In this document: positions 17,161 to 27,360 of the stretch, piece by piece
Layout: the number at the start of each line of letters is the position of its first letter
Position numbering within the stretch: position 1 is the stretch's first letter
Translations under genes and position numbers: made by a program
Assembly (NCBI GenBank): GCA_017438635.1
Contig: JAFRUZ010000011.1
Coordinates: forward strand, 5,766-69,765
Length of the DNA: 64,000 nt
Origin: Bacilli bacterium
GTDB taxonomy: Bacteria; Bacillota_I; Bacilli_A; RF39; UBA660
Direction: 5' to 3'
Notes under the pieces: model-generated
The model's input: only the letters and a program-made list of their open reading frames with translations
Told to the model about the DNA's origin: nothing
Database searches by the model: none

Positions 17161-19959
17161 ATGCGAAAGAAAATATTTATGATAATTGTTTTTATGGCAA
17201 CTTTACTAGTATGTGGAAATGTTAATGCTGCTACTTATGCTAGAGTAACAAATACTAGTGCAGATGTATGGAGTGGATTAGGAACAAATTATGAAAAAAT
17301 CACAACATTGAAATATAACGATACTATTCCTCTTATGAATACTACACTTCTAACAAGTGAAGAAGGTTGTGAAGAAGGAATGTATAGAATTGACCTAAAT
17401 GGTAAATATGGATACGTATGTAAAAGTAATGTTTCTATTTCTACAGTGACAGTTAGACTTAATACAGATGAGATTAATGTAAGAACAGGCCCAGGTACTA
17501 ACTATGACGTCTATAAAAGCTATAACACTGGAAAACTATTTACCTTAGCATATACTAAAAAATACGAAGGTGATGGTTGTGAAGACGGTTGGTATAGATT
17601 AAACCTAAACAATGATAATGAAAAATATATATGTAGTACTTATGTAGATCATTATAATGCTAAAACAAACGCTATGATAATGAATACAAAAGGAAGTGAA
17701 ATAAAAAAGACAGCTTCTTCTGAAAGTGACACAGTAGAAAAACTAAAATATGGACAAGCAGTAACAGTATATGAAACTACTCCATATGAAGGTGAAGGTT
17801 GTGAAAGTGGTTGGTTAAAAGTTTACTATAATGCTTATAGAAGATATATATGTAGTGATGATGTAATAAGAACTAACACAGTATATAGAGTAAATAACAC
17901 AGCAGGAGTTAATATAAGAAACGCTGCTAAAAGTACAGGCACTAAAATAGCAACTTTAGGATATATGAAACCTGTAGTTATTCTAGATACAAAAAAAATA
18001 ACAGGAAGTGGTTGTACAGATGGATGGTATAAAATAAAATACAATAATAGTGAAAGTTATTTATGTTCAAAATATGTATCACTTGCAAAAAATACAACAA
18101 CTACAATTGCTAAAGCAAATATTAGAACAGATAAAACCCTTAGTTCAACAATAATTACTACTCTAGATAAGAACAAACAACTTATATTAGAAAGCACAAC
18201 CAAATTAAAAGGAAGTGGTTGTACTGACTGGTATCAAGCAAACTTTAATGGAAAAACAACATACTTATGTAGTAAGAATACAGAAATGGGTACAAAAGTA
18301 CTAGTAACAACATCAAGTACTAAGAAGATTAAATCTATAAGTACAGCATCTGGAAAATACTACACTACTAATAAATGGTCATATAGATTAAAAGAAAATT
18401 ATGGTTATGTTAGAACAAAAGCTAATACTTCTAGTGCCGTACAAAACATAGTATATTTAGGAACAGAATTTGATGTGCTTAGTTCTATTGCTGCAGGAAA
18501 TGGATGTGCTGCAGGATGGTATAAAGTTAAATATTATGGAGGTACTACAGGATATATATGTAAATCATTAGTAGAAAAATATAGTGATGTTACAAGAAAT
18601 GATAGTGAATACTGTAAAAAGCTAAAAGATGAAGGTTTCCCTGAAAGCTACTGCCCTTTCCTTTCATATTTACATTACAAGCATCCAAAATGGGTGTTTA
18701 AAGCAGAAAATACAGGTGTTAAATTTACAAGTGCAGTAAACGGAGAATCAGAAAGAAATTATACTCAAATAACAGAATCAGCATACTTACAATCATGGAG
18801 TGTTAGTGAAGCTGGAGGATGGAGAACAGCATCAGATGCTTATGTTGCTTATATGTTAGATCCAAGAAATTATTTAAATGAACAAAATATATTTGCTTTT
18901 GAATTCTTAGGATTTGATAGCAAATATCATACAATATCTGCTATAAGAAGTATTGTAAAAGATACATACTTAGATACTGATACATACGCAGGATATTTCT
19001 TAGCAGCTGGAGAATTATATCAAGTTAGCCCAGTACACTTAGCATCAAGAGTAAAACAAGAAGGTGGTACTAATTCGTCATATGCTGCAGTATCTGGTAA
19101 ACTTACAAATACATGGACAGTTACAAAATCTGGATATGTATGTACTGCATTCGGTACCAAAGATGGAAGTAACTTTAAAATTAATAAAAACGCAACTCCA
19201 TACGTAAGAGCATCTTCAAGTATTAAAACAAATATATTAAAATACAGCAATGGAAATAAAATGACAGTAAACAGTAATGATACTGTAGTATTAAATAGTA
19301 GTACAAAATATAATGCTATTGCTACTGGAGGAGTAAATGTTCGTGCAGAAACTAATACAAAATCTACTATACTTGGTACTCTAAGTAAAAATAGCGCTGT
19401 TTCACTAGTTAGTAAAACAACTATTAAAGGTTCTAATTGTGAAGCAGGATGGTATAAGATAAAATATGGAAGTCAAACAGGATATGTTTGCTCAACATAC
19501 ATTGATCCAGATGCAGGATGTACATCTGGAGAATGGTATAACGTAAAAGTAAATAAATCATTAAAAGGAATATATAATTATTACAACATTGGTGCATATG
19601 GAAGTAATCCAGTAATAAGAGGTGTCGTAGCAGCAGCAGGTTTCGTAGATGACAATGATGGTACACCATGGAATACTAGAGAAAAAGCAATTAAATATGG
19701 AGCATCATTTATAGCAAATGGATACATCAACCAAGGTCAAGATACTCTATATTATCAAAAGTTTAATACAGGCCCTAATGCTAGTGCAATAAGATATACT
19801 CATCAGTACATGACAAACATTTTAGCACCTGCAAGTGAAAGTTTATCTACATATGATTCATATAGTGAGTTAGGTTTATTAAATAAGGCATACGTATTTA
19901 AAATACCAGTATATAATTCAATGCCAACTTGGTTTACTACTCACCCACCAGTAAAGTAA
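17161..19959 (+). CDS. Secreted cell-wall hydrolase: seven SH3b-like repeats plus a GH73-type N-acetylglucosaminidase domain
   Basis: Signal peptide MRKKIFMIIVFMATLLVCGNVNA. The repeat motif is G-x-G-C-x-x-G-W-Y-[KR]...Y-[ILV]-C-S. The catalytic blocks are MLDPRNYLNEQNIFAFEFL, VSPVHLASRVKQEGG, YNYYNIGAYG, GQDTLYYQKFN and HQYMTNILAP. Confidence 0.85.
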   Translation: MRKKIFMIIVFMATLLVCGNVNAATYARVTNTSADVWSGLGTNYEKITTLKYNDTIPLMNTTLLTSEEGCEEGMYRIDLNGKYGYVCKSNVSISTVTVRLNTDEINVRTGPGTNYDVYKSYNTGKLFTLAYTKKYEGDGCEDGWYRLNLNNDNEKYICSTYVDHYNAKTNAMIMNTKGSEIKKTASSESDTVEKLKYGQAVTVYETTPYEGEGCESGWLKVYYNAYRRYICSDDVIRTNTVYRVNNTAGVNIRNAAKSTGTKIATLGYMKPVVILDTKKITGSGCTDGWYKIKYNNSESYLCSKYVSLAKNTTTTIAKANIRTDKTLSSTIITTLDKNKQLILESTTKLKGSGCTDWYQANFNGKTTYLCSKNTEMGTKVLVTTSSTKKIKSISTASGKYYTTNKWSYRLKENYGYVRTKANTSSAVQNIVYLGTEFDVLSSIAAGNGCAAGWYKVKYYGGTTGYICKSLVEKYSDVTRNDSEYCKKLKDEGFPESYCPFLSYLHYKHPKWVFKAENTGVKFTSAVNGESERNYTQITESAYLQSWSVSEAGGWRTASDAYVAYMLDPRNYLNEQNIFAFEFLGFDSKYHTISAIRSIVKDTYLDTDTYAGYFLAAGELYQVSPVHLASRVKQEGGTNSSYAAVSGKLTNTWTVTKSGYVCTAFGTKDGSNFKINKNATPYVRASSSIKTNILKYSNGNKMTVNSNDTVVLNSSTKYNAIATGGVNVRAETNTKSTILGTLSKNSAVSLVSKTTIKGSNCEAGWYKIKYGSQTGYVCSTYIDPDAGCTSGEWYNVKVNKSLKGIYNYYNIGAYGSNPVIRGVVAAAGFVDDNDGTPWNTREKAIKYGASFIANGYINQGQDTLYYQKFNTGPNASAIRYTHQYMTNILAPASESLSTYDSYSELGLLNKAYVFKIPVYNSMPTWFTTHPPVK

Positions 19960-19969
19960 GGAGGTTACA

Positions 19970-21250
19970 ATGAAAAAATATTTAGTTTTAATAGGTTTAT
20001 TGCTATTACCTATGTCTGTTCATGCAGCGAGCGCTAATATTGATCTTACTGCTTCACAAAGTAGTGCTGATATAGGAAAAACAATAGTAGTTACCGTTAA
20101 TGTAAACAGTAGTACTCCTATTGGATATTACGAATACACATTAGATTATGATCATGACAAACTAGAATTAGTAAATGGTAGATCATACAACATAGAAAGT
20201 GCTGATGATGCTAACACTAAAAGTTTTAAAAAGAAATTTACTTTTAAAGTATTAAAAAGTGGTGCTAACAAAGTATCAGTTAAATCATATGCAGTATCTC
20301 CATCAGGAAGTAATGAAAGCATGAGTGTGACAGTAAACCCAGCAAGTATAAATTCTTCAGGAGAAGATACGACTAATTCAAGTGACAATAACAACTTAAA
20401 ATCACTTGAAATAGAAAACTATAAATTAGAACCTTCTTTTAACAAAAATACTACTAACTATGTAGTAAAAATTGAAGATAGCATAAATGAAATAAATATA
20501 AAAGCAGCTGCAGAAAACAGTAAAGCCAGTATTATTGGTGATGGAAAACATACAATAAAAAGTGGCGATAACAGAATAGAAATTACAGTAACTAGTGAGA
20601 GCGGAAAAGATAAAATATATACTATAAAAGTAAGTTTAACTGAAAAAGACCAATTAAAAATAACTATTGGAGGAAGTCAATACATTGTTTTCAAAAAATT
20701 AGATGGCTTCACTGGATTAAAAAATTACAAGATTAAAAAGATAAAAATAAAAAATACTACCATAGAATCACTATATAATGAAAAAACTAAAATTACTTTG
20801 ATAGGATTAAAAGATGAAGGTGGAAAATCAAATCTATACATATACGATGCTGATAAAGATACATATACAGTCTACAACGAAATAAATAGCGACGGTATTT
20901 CTGTCATGCCAGCATCAACAACACAAAAGATAAAAGATTATTATACTTTCAAAGAAACAATTAATAATATTGAAGTAAAATGCTATAAAACATCAAAATC
21001 TTCAAACTATTGTGTTTTATATGGAATTAATTCTGCAACTGGAGAAGAAAACTGGTATGTATATGATTTAGAAGAAAAGACAATACAAAAATACAATAAC
21101 GAAGCCGAAGAGTTTTACAAAGCTAAAATGGAAAGTACAAAAGTATTAATATGTATACTATCAGGAACTACTCTCCTATTTGGTATACTAACAATTGGAT
21201 TTGCAATAAAATCTGGAAAAAAAGAAAATAAAAAAAGCCTTATTCAATAG
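19970..21250 (+). CDS. Surface protein: signal peptide, cohesin-like domain, cadherin-like beta-sandwich domain, C-terminal TM anchor
   Basis: Signal peptide MKKYLVLIGLLLLPMSVHA. The cohesin-like block is IGKTIVVTVNVNS...YEYTLDYDHDKLELV. The cadherin-like block is NNLKSLEIENYKLEPSFNKNTTNYVV...GDNRIEITVTSESG..KIYTIKV. The TM segment is VLICILSGTTLLFGILTIGFAI. An AAGGAGG SD lies 10 nt after the upstream stop. Confidence 0.65.
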   Translation: MKKYLVLIGLLLLPMSVHAASANIDLTASQSSADIGKTIVVTVNVNSSTPIGYYEYTLDYDHDKLELVNGRSYNIESADDANTKSFKKKFTFKVLKSGANKVSVKSYAVSPSGSNESMSVTVNPASINSSGEDTTNSSDNNNLKSLEIENYKLEPSFNKNTTNYVVKIEDSINEINIKAAAENSKASIIGDGKHTIKSGDNRIEITVTSESGKDKIYTIKVSLTEKDQLKITIGGSQYIVFKKLDGFTGLKNYKIKKIKIKNTTIESLYNEKTKITLIGLKDEGGKSNLYIYDADKDTYTVYNEINSDGISVMPASTTQKIKDYYTFKETINNIEVKCYKTSKSSNYCVLYGINSATGEENWYVYDLEEKTIQKYNNEAEEFYKAKMESTKVLICILSGTTLLFGILTIGFAIKSGKKENKKSLIQ

Positions 21251-21262
21251 AATAAGGTTTTT
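21238..21262. terminator. Bidirectional terminator between convergent genes
   Basis: Stem CCTTATTC, loop AATA, stem GAATAAGG plus TTTTT, preceded by an A-run. It spans the stop codon of the 426-aa gene. Confidence 0.6.
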
Positions 21263-22568
21263 AAAATGGCATTTTAAAATTACCATTAGCAATTTGTTTC
21301 ATCATAGACTTACTTTGTTCAAATTGATTAAGTAGTCTATTTACTTCTTGAACAGATCTACCACTACCTTTAGCAACTCTTTGTTTCCTAGTAGCTTTCA
21401 TAATACTAGGATTTTTTCTTTCTTCTGGAGTCATAGAAAGAATAATAGCCTCTATATGAGCAAGATCTTTAGGATCTATATTAATATTATTAAGACCCAT
21501 CTTTTTAGCACCAGGAAGCATTTTAATGATAGATTCAAGAGAACCTAGTTTTTTAATCTGTTTCATTTGAGAAAGAAAATCTTCTAAATCATATTTACCA
21601 CTTCTCATCTTTTTTAAAGATTTTTCTGCTTCTTTTTCATCAATAACTTCATTAGCTTTATCTACAATAGATAAAACATCTCCCATTCCTATAATACGTG
21701 AAGCCATTCTATCAGGATAAAAAGCATCTAATCCATCAAGCTTTTCAGAAGTACCTATAAACTTAATAGGAACATTAGTTAAATGTCTTACAGAAAGTGC
21801 TACACCACCACGTGTATCACCATCAAGTTTAGTTAAGATAACACCAGTAAGTTCTAAGTTATCATTAAAACCAGTTATAACATTTATAGCATCTTGACCC
21901 ATCATAGAATCTATTACTAAAAGTGTTTCCTGTGGATTAATTTCAGATTTAATATTCTTAAGTTCATTCATTAACTCTTCATCAATATGAAGTCTTCCTG
22001 CTGTATCAATTAAAACATAGTCATAACCATTTTCTTTAGCATAATTAATAGCATTTTTACTAATTTCTACAGGATTACCTTTGCCTTCTTCATATACTTC
22101 AATATTTAATTCCTTACCTATTTGTTTTAACTGATCAATAGCAGCAGGACGATAAACATCACAAGCCACAAGTAAAGGTTTTTTATTATGCTTTTTCCTT
22201 AGAAAATTAGCAAGTTTACCAATAGTAGTAGTTTTACCAGAACCTTGTAAACCTACAAGCATCAATGAAGCAGGACTGCCAGTAACATTTAAAGGTGCTG
22301 CTTCTCCTCCAAGAAGTTCTTCAAGTTCGTCACGTATAATACCTACAAACATTTCTCCAGGAGTTAAACTTTTCTTTACTTCTTCACCAAGTGCTTTTTC
22401 TTTTACTTTACTAGTAAATTCACGAACTACTTGATAGTTAACATCTGCCTCAAGAAGAGCAAGCCTAACCTCCCTTAACATTGGATCAATATTATCTTCA
22501 GTTATTTTTCCATGTCCCTTAATATTTTTAATTGCTTTTTCTAATCTATCACTAAGTGTTTCAAACAT
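21261..22568 (-). CDS. ffh: Signal recognition particle protein Ffh
   Basis: MFETLSDRLEKA, GLQGSGKTTT, DTAGRL, TKLDGDTRGG and the Met-rich M-domain. The start is at MFETLS. Confidence 0.95.
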   Translation of the reverse strand: MFETLSDRLEKAIKNIKGHGKITEDNIDPMLREVRLALLEADVNYQVVREFTSKVKEKALGEEVKKSLTPGEMFVGIIRDELEELLGGEAAPLNVTGSPASLMLVGLQGSGKTTTIGKLANFLRKKHNKKPLLVACDVYRPAAIDQLKQIGKELNIEVYEEGKGNPVEISKNAINYAKENGYDYVLIDTAGRLHIDEELMNELKNIKSEINPQETLLVIDSMMGQDAINVITGFNDNLELTGVILTKLDGDTRGGVALSVRHLTNVPIKFIGTSEKLDGLDAFYPDRMASRIIGMGDVLSIVDKANEVIDEKEAEKSLKKMRSGKYDLEDFLSQMKQIKKLGSLESIIKMLPGAKKMGLNNINIDPKDLAHIEAIILSMTPEERKNPSIMKATRKQRVAKGSGRSVQEVNRLLNQFEQSKSMMKQIANGNFKMPF

Positions 22569-22617
22569 ATATATCACCAATAAGATTATAACAAGAAAAA
22601 CAAAAAAAATAAAGGAC

Positions 22618-23160
22618 TTAGTCCTTACTATAAATATCTATTCCATATTTATTATGCTGAGTATCATAAAATATATAGTTTCTCAAAGGATTATATGTTA
22701 ATGAAGCAAAAACTACATATCCAAGTAGAATTAAAACGATACAAATTCTATTTAATATATTATTCTTTTTATTAGACTCCAATAAATAATAACTAAGTAT
22801 CTCTTCTAAAAGAATTACTATTATTAAAAGAGAAATTGCTATAAACATAGATTCACCAAAAATAGCATACAGAGGTAAATATAAGATTAAATATACAATT
22901 ATACTAGTAACCATAACAATGAATAAATTTAAAGTATAATTACTTACGATAATATCGTTCTTTTTAATAAGAAAACGCTCAATAAAACTCCAAAAAAGGA
23001 ATCCACTATAAAGAAGTTTCATATGTTCCCAAATACTTTCATTTACAGGAAAAAATATGCTAAAAACAGGATTAGGAAACCACTCATATAAAAAATGAAA
23101 TAAAAAAGTAAAAGCAAATACTCCAAAAAAAGATACTATTTTTATTCCCCTTAAATTCAT
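22618..23160 (-). CDS. Hypothetical polytopic membrane protein
   Basis: About 6 hydrophobic helices. The start at MNLRGIK has a GGTGA SD. Confidence 0.55.
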   Translation of the reverse strand: MNLRGIKIVSFFGVFAFTFLFHFLYEWFPNPVFSIFFPVNESIWEHMKLLYSGFLFWSFIERFLIKKNDIIVSNYTLNLFIVMVTSIIVYLILYLPLYAIFGESMFIAISLLIIVILLEEILSYYLLESNKKNNILNRICIVLILLGYVVFASLTYNPLRNYIFYDTQHNKYGIDIYSKD

Positions 23161-23212
23161 ACAATCACCAATACTAGTATATGTAGAAAGTATAAGATTA
23201 TTAAAAAGAAAC

Positions 23213-23237
23213 AAAAAAAGAAATGCAATTGCATTTC
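23213..23237 (-). terminator. Rho-independent terminator after dtd
   Basis: Palindrome GAAATGCAATTGCATTTC followed on the minus strand by TTTTTTT. Confidence 0.6.
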
Positions 23238-23250
23238 CTTAATAAGACAA

Positions 23251-23688
23251 TCATTTTTCAAGTATTATAGTAACAGGTCCATCATTGGTAAAAGAAACTT
23301 TCATCTCAGCACCAAATTCTCCTGTCTCTACTAAAACACCCTTCTCTCTCAGTTTATTATTAAATTCATCATATAAAACAGTAGCTTCTGATCCTCCAAG
23401 CGCTTTAATATAACTAGGTCTATTACCTTTACTAGAATCAGCATATAAAGTAAATTGAGATACAGATAAAATATCACCCTTTACATCTAATAAAGATAAA
23501 TTCATAACACCGTTTTCATCATCAAATACTCTTAAATTTAATACTTTATTTACCATCCAATCTATTTCTTTAGAAGTATCAGTATGAGTAAAACCTACTA
23601 AAAGCATTAAACCTTTATCTATTTTACCTACTACTTTATTATTTACTTCTACTTTTGCATCAATTGCTCTTTGAACTACTACTTTCAT
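23251..23688 (-). CDS. dtd: D-aminoacyl-tRNA deacylase
   Basis: MKVVVQRA...GLMLLVGF...SQFTLYAD..KGNRPS...FGAEMKV.F.NDGPVT is the canonical Dtd pattern. Confidence 0.95.
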   Translation of the reverse strand: MKVVVQRAIDAKVEVNNKVVGKIDKGLMLLVGFTHTDTSKEIDWMVNKVLNLRVFDDENGVMNLSLLDVKGDILSVSQFTLYADSSKGNRPSYIKALGGSEATVLYDEFNNKLREKGVLVETGEFGAEMKVSFTNDGPVTIILEK

Positions 23689-25835
23689 TATTTCATAATC
23701 CTTTCTACATCACTGACATACTTTAATTTATTTAAATTAATAATAAACTTTTCCATTGTTTCTAAATCTTTTACTAATACATCAACTGAATATACATTAT
23801 TATTACTCTTATAAATTAAGTTAACATTTTCAACTATTATATTCATAGCAGCTGCTGCTTGTACTATATCAAAGATTATATTTTCTTTAGAAGTAGAATG
23901 AATAATAATTTCACTATTATATTTATTATTTATAACATCATTCCAAGTAGCATCAATAATTCTATCTTCAAAAAGTTCGATGTTACTGCAGTTCTTTCTA
24001 TGTATACGAATACCACTAGTTTTAGTAATATAACCTACAATTTCATCTCCTGGAAGTGGTAAACAACAGTTAGCTATATGTACTTCAATATTTTTAGTGT
24101 CTCCAACAAGAATGTCACTGTCTCCTACTCTAACGACATTTTTAACTTCTTTTTCTTCTGGTTTTTCTTCATCAGATTCTTGTTTTACTATTGATTTAGC
24201 AGAAAACTTATTATTACCAATATTTAAATATAAATCTTCTACAGAATCTAATTTGAACTTCTCAAAAACTTTCTTTAAATTTTCATCACTCATAAAATCA
24301 CTTATAGGGATCTTTTTTCTTCTAAGTTCTTTTTCAAGTAAATCTTTTCCTTGAGCAATATAATCTTCCTTAGTGTTTCTATTAAAGAAGTTTTTAATTT
24401 TATTTCTAGCGCTAGTAGTCTTAGCAATATTTATCCACTCTCTTGAAGGCCCTTTAGAATTATTATTAGTAATTACTTTAATTACATCTGTATTCTTAAG
24501 TTCATAAGAAAGAGGTACCATACTATTATTAACTATCGCGCCAGTCAGTTTATCACCTATTTGTGTATGAATCTTATAAGCAAAATCAATTGGTGTTGCA
24601 CCTTTAGGTAATTCTATAACATCCCCTTTTGGAGTATAAACATATATATTATTATTAAGTACTTCATTTTTTACTGTATCTACAAAATCTTCATTAGTTA
24701 ATTTATCTTCTTGTAATTCAATAATAGATTTATAAAACTGTAACTTTTGTTCAGTAATATTTTGCATCTCAGTAGCAGCATTTTTATTTTCTTTATAAGC
24801 CCAGTGAGAAGCAATACCATTCTCTGCTATTTCATCCATAGCATAAGTTCTTATTTGAATTTCAAAAATATTACCATCTAATCCTATAACAGTGGTGTGA
24901 AGAGATTGATAAAGATTAGTCTTAGGCATAGCAATAAAATCCTTAAATCTCTTAGGAATAGGTTTATATTTTGAATGAATTAAACCAAGTGCTAAATAAC
25001 ACTCTTGTTCTTCTTCTACAAGTATTCTTATAGCAAGCAAATCATATATATCATTAAAACTACGACCCTTATCTAATTTTCTATATATACTATATATACT
25101 CTTAGCACGACCTTTTATTTGGTGTCTTATACCATTTTTTGTTAAAAGTTCACTTACTTCATCCATCATCTTTTTAACGTATGCTTCACGTTCTACCTTC
25201 TTTTTATTAAGTTTTTCTACTACATCATTATAAGCTTCAGGTTTTAAATATTTAAGTGATAATTCTTCAAGTTCACTTTTTATTTTATTCATACCAAGTC
25301 TATGAGCAATAGGTGTAAGTATTTCTAATGTTTCTTTTGCTTTTTTCTTTTGTTTTTCATGATCAAGCGCATAAAGAGTTCTCATATTATGAAGTCTATC
25401 TGCAAGTTTAATTATAATAACTCTAACATCTTCACTCATACCTACAATTATCTTTTTATAATATGTAGTTAAATATTCATTATCCGTAGAAACATGAATA
25501 TTATTAATCTTAGTAACACCATCTACTAGTTTAGCAACAGAAGGCCCAAATTGTTCTTTAATATCGTTTTTACTAGTTTCAGTATCTTCAACAACATCAT
25601 GTAATAAAGCTGCAATAATAGTTTCTCTATCAGCCTTTATAGATGTAAGAATATCTGCAACAAAAAGAGGATGAACAATATATGGTTCACCAGTTTTACG
25701 ATATTGACCATGATGTTTCTTTTCTGCAAAAGCATATGCCTTATCAATATCTTCTAGTTCATCTTTTGTTAAATACTTTTCAAGTTTTTCTCTTAAATTT
25801 TTATATTCTATAGTTCTATTATCCAAGATTATCAC
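23688..25835 (-). CDS. relA: Bifunctional (p)ppGpp synthetase/hydrolase RelA/SpoT homolog
   Basis: HD domain (HGQYRKTGEPYIVHPL, LLHDVVEDT), synthetase block (YRKLDKGRSFNDIYDLLAIRI, YQSLHTTV, EIQIRT), TGS and ACT-like C-terminus. The start is uncertain: GTG at 25835, or TTG at 25826 with a GAGGTGA SD. Confidence 0.95.
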   Translation of the reverse strand: MIILDNRTIEYKNLREKLEKYLTKDELEDIDKAYAFAEKKHHGQYRKTGEPYIVHPLFVADILTSIKADRETIIAALLHDVVEDTETSKNDIKEQFGPSVAKLVDGVTKINNIHVSTDNEYLTTYYKKIIVGMSEDVRVIIIKLADRLHNMRTLYALDHEKQKKKAKETLEILTPIAHRLGMNKIKSELEELSLKYLKPEAYNDVVEKLNKKKVEREAYVKKMMDEVSELLTKNGIRHQIKGRAKSIYSIYRKLDKGRSFNDIYDLLAIRILVEEEQECYLALGLIHSKYKPIPKRFKDFIAMPKTNLYQSLHTTVIGLDGNIFEIQIRTYAMDEIAENGIASHWAYKENKNAATEMQNITEQKLQFYKSIIELQEDKLTNEDFVDTVKNEVLNNNIYVYTPKGDVIELPKGATPIDFAYKIHTQIGDKLTGAIVNNSMVPLSYELKNTDVIKVITNNNSKGPSREWINIAKTTSARNKIKNFFNRNTKEDYIAQGKDLLEKELRRKKIPISDFMSDENLKKVFEKFKLDSVEDLYLNIGNNKFSAKSIVKQESDEEKPEEKEVKNVVRVGDSDILVGDTKNIEVHIANCCLPLPGDEIVGYITKTSGIRIHRKNCSNIELFEDRIIDATWNDVINNKYNSEIIIHSTSKENIIFDIVQAAAAMNIIVENVNLIYKSNNNVYSVDVLVKDLETMEKFIINLNKLKYVSDVERIMK

Positions 25836-26049
25836 CTCTAGACATTAAAGTATTACCATTAATTTTTAAAATATCATTAACTACTTCATTCAAAGTTAAG
25901 TTTTGACTTTTAGACCATTTATTCTGTTTTAAATAAAACCAAATATCTTCAGCAGAAAAATCAAAGCCTTCATTTCTAAGTCTTTCTTCTTTCATTTTTA
26001 AAGCAGGCATTACCCTATTTTTTAATTCTAAAGCACTTTCAAATTCCAT
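25819..26049 (-). CDS. Small conserved protein, possibly a ComN/YrzD-like post-transcriptional regulator
   Basis: 76 aa with a GGAGG SD. The pattern is IWFYLKQNKW....LTLNEVVNDIL. The family assignment is from memory only. Confidence 0.4.
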   Translation of the reverse strand: MEFESALELKNRVMPALKMKEERLRNEGFDFSAEDIWFYLKQNKWSKSQNLTLNEVVNDILKINGNTLMSRGDNLG

Positions 26050-26090
26050 ATAAGCCTCCGATACTATCTATATATATATTGTAACACTAT

Positions 26091-26945
26091 TTAATTATTT
26101 TTTAAAGTCAAAACAGGTTTCATTTCTGCAAATGAATTACCATACAAAACAACATCTTCACCATTTTTAGTAAAAAGAAGATACTTAGACTTGCTTCTTT
26201 CTATTTTATTACCATTCAATATCCTATTTTCAAGTTCTAAAGGTATTTCTTCTACATCTACATCAATAACATCTCTTATATTTAGACTTTTATAATTTCC
26301 ACTTTTAATATCTTCTAAAGTATTAGCGTCATCCAAACTAAATTTATCTTGTTTAGTTCTAACAAGTTTACTCATACAAAGAGGAATATTAATCTTTTTA
26401 GATATATCATTTATTAAACTTCTTATATATGTACCTTTACTAACAGTACAAGAAAAACTAAAGTATTGATAGTTATCTCTTTCAAATAAGGAAATTAAGT
26501 TAATATCAAAAATAGTAACTTCTTTTTTAGGTAAAGAAACACTAACTCCTTCTCTAGCATATTCATATAGTCTCTTACCATTTACTTTAGTAGCACTATA
26601 AATTGGTACTTCTTGAAAATAAGTACCCTTAAAAGTACTTAGAGTTTTTTCTAAAGTATCCTTATCTATACTAGTATAATTCTCAGAAATAGTATTCCCT
26701 TCAATATCATAAGTATCAGTACTTCTTCCTACAAGTACTTCTGCAATATATTCTTTTGAATCATTCTCAAAAAAATTACCAAGTTTAGTATAATTACCAA
26801 CTCCAATAATTAATAAACCTTCAGCCATAGGATCAAGAGTTCCAAAATGCCCTACTTTCTTAGTATTCAAGGCTTTAGATACAATATTTACAACATCTCT
26901 TGAAGTATATCCTTTTTCTTTATCAATTAGTATTATTTCATCCAT
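26091..26945 (-). CDS. truB: tRNA pseudouridine(55) synthase TruB
   Basis: GYTSRDVVN, KVGHFGTLDPMAEGLL (catalytic Asp), YSATKVNGKRLYEYAR and GTYIRSL. The start is at MDEIILI. Confidence 0.9.
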   Translation of the reverse strand: MDEIILIDKEKGYTSRDVVNIVSKALNTKKVGHFGTLDPMAEGLLIIGVGNYTKLGNFFENDSKEYIAEVLVGRSTDTYDIEGNTISENYTSIDKDTLEKTLSTFKGTYFQEVPIYSATKVNGKRLYEYAREGVSVSLPKKEVTIFDINLISLFERDNYQYFSFSCTVSKGTYIRSLINDISKKINIPLCMSKLVRTKQDKFSLDDANTLEDIKSGNYKSLNIRDVIDVDVEEIPLELENRILNGNKIERSKSKYLLFTKNGEDVVLYGNSFAEMKPVLTLKNN

Positions 26946-26995
26946 AGTATCACTTCCAAAACATATATGAATTATAACATATAAAAGAAGATATC

Positions 26996-27283
26996 TCAAT
27001 TACTTATATAATCGTTATAACCTCCTAAAACATTTACTACATTATAACCTCTATTAGAAAGTTCTAAACAAACTTTAGGGCTCTCTAAACCAGCATTACA
27101 ATATATGTAGTATATACTATCTTTATCTAAATATTTATCAGGATTCATAAGTAAAAAAGAACTAGGTATATTTTTACTACTTGGTATATTACCAATATTA
27201 TATAAATAGTTTTTCCTTATATCTATAATATTAACTTTACCTACCAAACCCTTTAAATCAGTAGCTCTAATATTCTTATACAT
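26996..27283 (-). CDS. Rhodanese-domain protein
   Basis: 95 aa with IIDIRKNYLYNIGNIPSSKNIP and the active-site loop YCNAGLES. Confidence 0.85.
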   Translation of the reverse strand: MYKNIRATDLKGLVGKVNIIDIRKNYLYNIGNIPSSKNIPSSFLLMNPDKYLDKDSIYYIYCNAGLESPKVCLELSNRGYNVVNVLGGYNDYISN

Positions 27284-27333
27284 AAATACCTCCCATATTA
27301 TTTTATGTATAAAAACAAAGAATTGTATATAAC

Positions 27334-27358
27334 AAAAAAATCCTTAAAATAAGGATTT
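27334..27358 (-). terminator. Rho-independent terminator closing the T4SS gene set
   Basis: The minus strand reads stem AAATCCTTA, loop TTT, stem TAAGGATTT followed by TTTTTTT. It lies 3 nt after the coupling-protein stop. Confidence 0.65.
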
Positions 27359-27360
27359 TA

